Assembly (NCBI GenBank): GCA_964597235.1
Contig: CAZQXQ010000001.1
Span: 1-62,419 of the forward strand
Length of the DNA stretch: 62,419 bases
Direction of reading: 5' to 3'
Origin: an uncultured Burkholderiaceae bacterium
GTDB taxonomy: Bacteria > Pseudomonadota > Gammaproteobacteria > Burkholderiales > Burkholderiaceae_C
Shown here in pieces: positions 58,996 through 62,419 of the stretch (within the stretch, counting starts at the first letter, position 1; every line of letters begins with the position of its first letter). Both the position numbers and the translations under genes were made by a program. The notes below the pieces were generated by a model that was given only the letters and a program-made list of their open reading frames with translations, made no database searches and had not been told where the DNA came from.

Positions 58996-60351
58996 TTGAC
59001 CATGCCGCAACGTATTGTGTTTTTCCTGTTTGTTCAAGTGTTGGGTGCAGTCCTCGGCTGGTTTCTGCTCCCCGCTTGGGGGCCACTTGCAGGACTTGCG
59101 CTGTCGATTTGGTCGTGGTTTCTGGTGGATCTGTGGCGGGCTAGGCACGTGATTCGCTGGCTGCGCGAAGGCGATCTCCAGTCTGTGCCTGCCGTGGGTG
59201 GGCTTTGGGGAGAGTCTCTGGATCGCGCGCGCCGCTTGGTGCGCCAAGGCGCCCAGCAGGTAGAGCTCAGTCAGCGCCAACTGGAGGCGGTCCTGGATGC
59301 CTTGCAGGCGGCGCCCACCGGCATTGTCCTGCTCGACCAGTTGGGACGTATTGCCTGGTCTAACCAAGTGGCAGCTGGACACTTTGGCTTTGACATGGCA
59401 CGTGACCAGATGCAATCCATCAGTAACTTGGTGCGTGATCCTGAATTTCACAGCTACATGGCAGCACAGGTTTACACCCATGGGGTGGTACTGCAGGCGC
59501 GGGGCAGTACACCGTTGAAACCGTTGCGCATTTCTGTGCATCTGCATCCTTATGGGGATGGCCATCGTTTGATGTTGTCCCGTGACGTCACCGCACTGGA
59601 GCAGGCAGATGCCATGCGGCGTGATTTCGTCGCGAACGTATCCCACGAGATACGCACCCCCCTGACAGTGCTCTCAGGATTTGTAGAGACTTTGCAAACG
59701 CTGCCCCTTGATGCCGAGGAGCGCGGGCGGTATTTGCAAATGATGGCGCAGCAGGCATCACGGATGCAAAACGTTGTGCACGACTTGCTGGTCTTGTCCC
59801 GCCTGGAGGGGAGTCCTCCACCTGGGATGTCGGAGTGGTTTGAATTGCGCTCCTTGATGCAACGCTGTGAAGACGATGCCAGGGCGCTGTCATCGTTATT
59901 GACGAAAAACGCGCAGCCCCATCGGCTCACCTTTCCTTCGTCGGACTTGTTCGGTCCCGAGGATGCTTTGGCGGGTTCGGAAACGGAGTTGCAAAGCGCA
60001 CTCTCGAACTTGATCAGCAATGCCGTGCGCTACACGCCACCTGGAGGAGCTATCACTGTCACTTGGCACTGCCGTGATGATGGCCGTGCTGTTTTTTCGG
60101 TGCAGGACACTGGACCAGGAATTGCACCCGAGCATATTCCCCGCCTGACAGAGCGTTTTTACCGCGTGGACCGCAGTCGCTCCCGGGAAACAGGGGGCAC
60201 CGGCCTGGGTTTGGCTATCGTGAAGCATGTGCTGCAGCGCCACGGCGCCACACTGGAGATCGCCAGCGTCCTGGGGCTGGGCTCCACGTTTTCTGTGACT
60301 TTTCCTGCCAGCCGTGTCCGTGTCCGTGTCCGAGTCGCTACGGCCGCGTAG
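58996..60351 (+). CDS. phoR: phosphate regulon sensor histidine kinase
   Basis: 451 aa. N-terminal TM hairpin, PAS-like region, H-box FVANVSHEIRTPLT, N/G boxes (NLISNAVRYTP, DTGPGI, GGTGLGLAIVKH). Position after phoB. Confidence 0.9.
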   Translation: MTMPQRIVFFLFVQVLGAVLGWFLLPAWGPLAGLALSIWSWFLVDLWRARHVIRWLREGDLQSVPAVGGLWGESLDRARRLVRQGAQQVELSQRQLEAVLDALQAAPTGIVLLDQLGRIAWSNQVAAGHFGFDMARDQMQSISNLVRDPEFHSYMAAQVYTHGVVLQARGSTPLKPLRISVHLHPYGDGHRLMLSRDVTALEQADAMRRDFVANVSHEIRTPLTVLSGFVETLQTLPLDAEERGRYLQMMAQQASRMQNVVHDLLVLSRLEGSPPPGMSEWFELRSLMQRCEDDARALSSLLTKNAQPHRLTFPSSDLFGPEDALAGSETELQSALSNLISNAVRYTPPGGAITVTWHCRDDGRAVFSVQDTGPGIAPEHIPRLTERFYRVDRSRSRETGGTGLGLAIVKHVLQRHGATLEIASVLGLGSTFSVTFPASRVRVRVRVATAA

Positions 60352-62113
60352 TAGTACGGTCTGCGTCACTGGGTTCATGCTCGGCAGGGAGCTTGGTGCT
60401 TCCCATATTGGCAGTCGCTGCATCAGGGGCATTTCGACGCATCAGCCACATGGCATCGTCCTTGTCCGTGGGGCGTTCAATCCGTGCGGCCAGCGTCCAG
60501 TCGCTCATACTCAGTTCGCTGGAAGGGTGTTGGAGGTAGCCGGGCGTGGTGACCAACCAGGGACACGTCGTACCAGTTTCTGGCCTGTGCACCGTAAAAG
60601 GTCCGTGGTGCAGCAGCGCTGCCACCTGTGCACGGCCAAGCCCGAGGCTGACAAGACACCCGGGCTGTGCATCGGTTGCCTGCTTCAAGCGGTCAATTTG
60701 TACGGTGTAGCTTCTTGCGTGATCCAAGAGTGGTAACCAGAGGGTGGTTAGCAGCAACCAGCACAGCCCAGCGCCGCTGGCGGGGAGCACCAGTGTTTTC
60801 CACAGCGGGGTCCGGTGTCGTGTGGTTCGCCACCATACCAGTGCTGTCCAGGCCAGGCTCCCCAGCAGGGCGACGGCGGTAGGCAAAAGCTCCAACTGCG
60901 GCACAAAACTTGGTGCCAGCTTCGCGATGTTGGCCGCCGGCTTTGCGGGAAACCCGGTGTGCATCGCAATCCAGATGGTCCAGATGGCCAACACGGAGAG
61001 GCTGAAAAACAGCAGCGTGAACCATTCAATCCAGCCCGCCATGCTGCGCTTTAAGGTCGGTAGAGCAAAGGCGGCCAGCATGGCCAGTGGGGGCAGCCCC
61101 AGCAGCAGGGTGCGATCCGCAGGGGGCGTCAGGATGGTGGCTGTTATTACGACAGCGGTGAACCACAGGGGATAAAACAGGTGTGGGTACTGATGGGCAT
61201 CGCGCAGCTGGTGTCGCCATTGCCACAGTGTCCACAAGGCCAGTGGCCATGCGGGCCATCCAAACCAGATGGCCAGTTTCAATAGGCTGTCCCATTCGTT
61301 GCCGCCCCACCCCGGTATGGCCAGTTGCCACCGCCACAGGTGCAAGCTACCAGCAAGTCCGATATTAAAGAGGAAGAGCCCCAGGGTGACCACCTGTTGG
61401 CGCAACGCAATACGCGCTTGTGCGCGAGCACCGCCCTGGAGTCCCAGGCTGGCCAGTCCAAAGAGCAAGGACAGAGCGGGCGCTCCGGACAGAGTCAAAC
61501 CGGTATGGCCCACCAGCAGTGCCAAAGCCGCCTTGTGGGGGTGTGTGGTCTTGGCCGCAATGGCATAGAGCAGGGTTGCCGTGAAACACAGCTGCGCTAG
61601 GTACACGCTGGTTTCATGTCCGCGCTGTGCCAATCCTAGGCATGCAATCAATGCCAGCAGCGCGCCATCGGCGACAGCGCGGGCGTAACTGATCGGTTGC
61701 GCCTCGCCGCCAAAGGCAAATGCGACAGGCTGTGCGCCTGGATGGCGTGCAAAGTGGTAAGTAGCCCACCAGGTCATTGACAGGGCTAGCGCCAGAAATC
61801 CGATGAAAGGTATCCGGGCGGCGACTTCCGCAGGCAGCCAGGCTGGCGCCCATTGGATGGCCAAAGCGCCCAGCCAATAAGGCAGAAGGCCATTGGCATC
61901 GACGGGCATTCCTAATAGTTCGGGGGCCAGCCAGTTGGTCCGTCCTTGCGCCAGTGCTTGCATGTAGCCCAAGGCGGCCATGTCCATGCTTTTCCACGGA
62001 GCGCGGCCAAAAAATCCAGGGAGTACATAGGCCATGCACAACAGCAACAAGGCCACCCGCGGCATCGCCTTGGCTGCCTGGTGGGGAACGATCGCGGGTG
62101 TGGGCTGGTTCAC
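60338..62113 (-). CDS. polytopic membrane glycosyltransferase, GT39/ArnT-like (PMT_2 type)
   Basis: 591 aa, at least 12 hydrophobic segments. N-terminal LLLLCMAYVLPGFFGRAPWKSMDMAA region resembles ArnT/PMT-family aminoarabinose/mannosyl transferases. Soluble C-terminal ~110 aa. Confidence 0.6.
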   Translation of the reverse strand: MNQPTPAIVPHQAAKAMPRVALLLLCMAYVLPGFFGRAPWKSMDMAALGYMQALAQGRTNWLAPELLGMPVDANGLLPYWLGALAIQWAPAWLPAEVAARIPFIGFLALALSMTWWATYHFARHPGAQPVAFAFGGEAQPISYARAVADGALLALIACLGLAQRGHETSVYLAQLCFTATLLYAIAAKTTHPHKAALALLVGHTGLTLSGAPALSLLFGLASLGLQGGARAQARIALRQQVVTLGLFLFNIGLAGSLHLWRWQLAIPGWGGNEWDSLLKLAIWFGWPAWPLALWTLWQWRHQLRDAHQYPHLFYPLWFTAVVITATILTPPADRTLLLGLPPLAMLAAFALPTLKRSMAGWIEWFTLLFFSLSVLAIWTIWIAMHTGFPAKPAANIAKLAPSFVPQLELLPTAVALLGSLAWTALVWWRTTRHRTPLWKTLVLPASGAGLCWLLLTTLWLPLLDHARSYTVQIDRLKQATDAQPGCLVSLGLGRAQVAALLHHGPFTVHRPETGTTCPWLVTTPGYLQHPSSELSMSDWTLAARIERPTDKDDAMWLMRRNAPDAATANMGSTKLPAEHEPSDADRTTTRP

Positions 62114-62136
62114 GGAAGCTGCTGGAAAACGAGGGC

Positions 62137-62169
62137 AAACAAAAAGGCAGCACGGTTGCCCGGGCTGCC
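62137..62169 (-). terminator. rho-independent terminator downstream of rpmE2
   Basis: On the minus strand: GGCAGC-12 nt-GCTGCC followed by TTTTTGTTT (plus-strand stems 62146-51 / 62164-69). Confidence 0.65.
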
Positions 62170-62189
62170 TTTCTCTGCAATGCAGGCGC

Positions 62190-62419
62190 TTACTTGGCGG
62201 CTGTCTTGCCGAAGCGGTTGCGGAAGCGCTCCACGCGGCCGCCCATGTTGTCCACCGACTTTTGGGTGCCGGTGTAGAAGGGATGCGATTCGCTGGAGGT
62301 GTCCAGCTTGAACAGGGGGTATTCCTTGCCTTCGAAGGTTTCAGTTTCCTTCGTGTTCACGCAAGAACGGGTCACGAACTTGAAGCCGTTGGACAGGTCC
62401 ACGAACAGCACTTCGCGGT
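62190..62419 (-). CDS. rpmE2: 50S ribosomal protein L31 type B (5' end outside window)
   Basis: ...[71 protein letters not shown] matches zinc-independent L31B (YkgM-like). The frame stays open to the window edge. Confidence 0.85.
   Translation of the reverse strand, partial: REVLFVDLSNGFKFVTRSCVNTKETETFEGKEYPLFKLDTSSESHPFYTGTQKSVDNMGGRVERFRNRFGKTAAK

Overview
High-GC betaproteobacterial chromosome, Burkholderiales/Comamonadaceae-like by gene content and order (a guess from memory, not a search). The housekeeping backbone is carB at 18-3278, then greA, a DUF4149 gene, yhbY, rlmE, ftsH, folP and glmM at 40.4-47.7 kb. It continues with a phosphate block at 47.8-60.4 kb: olsB-like, ppk1, sixA-like, ppx, pstSCAB-phoU-phoBR. 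An ArnT-like glycosyltransferase and a partial rpmE2 close the window. About 37 kb of accessory DNA (3.3-40.4 kb) lies between carB and greA. It holds: (i) a polysaccharide export module (beta-barrel + short OPX + Wzc-type BY-kinase + PHP-type phosphatase); (ii) a LapG-like periplasmic cysteine protease with a decayed duplicate flanking a toxin-antitoxin (TA) islet; (iii) pgi-ugd and a strongly AT-rich wzx / acetyltransferase / wzy / GT4 cassette; (iv) the fnlABC-wbuB UDP-L-FucNAc genes; (v) a PglC/D/E/F-like di-N-acetyl-trideoxyhexose pathway; (vi) a secreted Ala/Ser/Gly-rich protein, a Wzy_C (WaaL/PglL-family) protein and a LapD-like c-di-GMP receptor. The Pgl-like pathway is interrupted twice. 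A MntA-HepT pair is spliced into the operon by overlapping start and stop codons, and a 4.9-kb islet sits between the aminotransferase and the dehydratase. That islet carries decayed brnA and DUF433 modules, an intact NT/HEPN pair, and two translationally coupled paralogues of an uncharacterised P-loop ATPase + PD-(D/E)XK nuclease protein, plus the scar of a third copy. The tandem ATPase-nuclease array is my best candidate for an undescribed, probably defence-type system. I found no rRNA, tRNA, CRISPR array, transposase or integrase. All calls rest on reading the supplied translations and DNA by eye; no database search was run.
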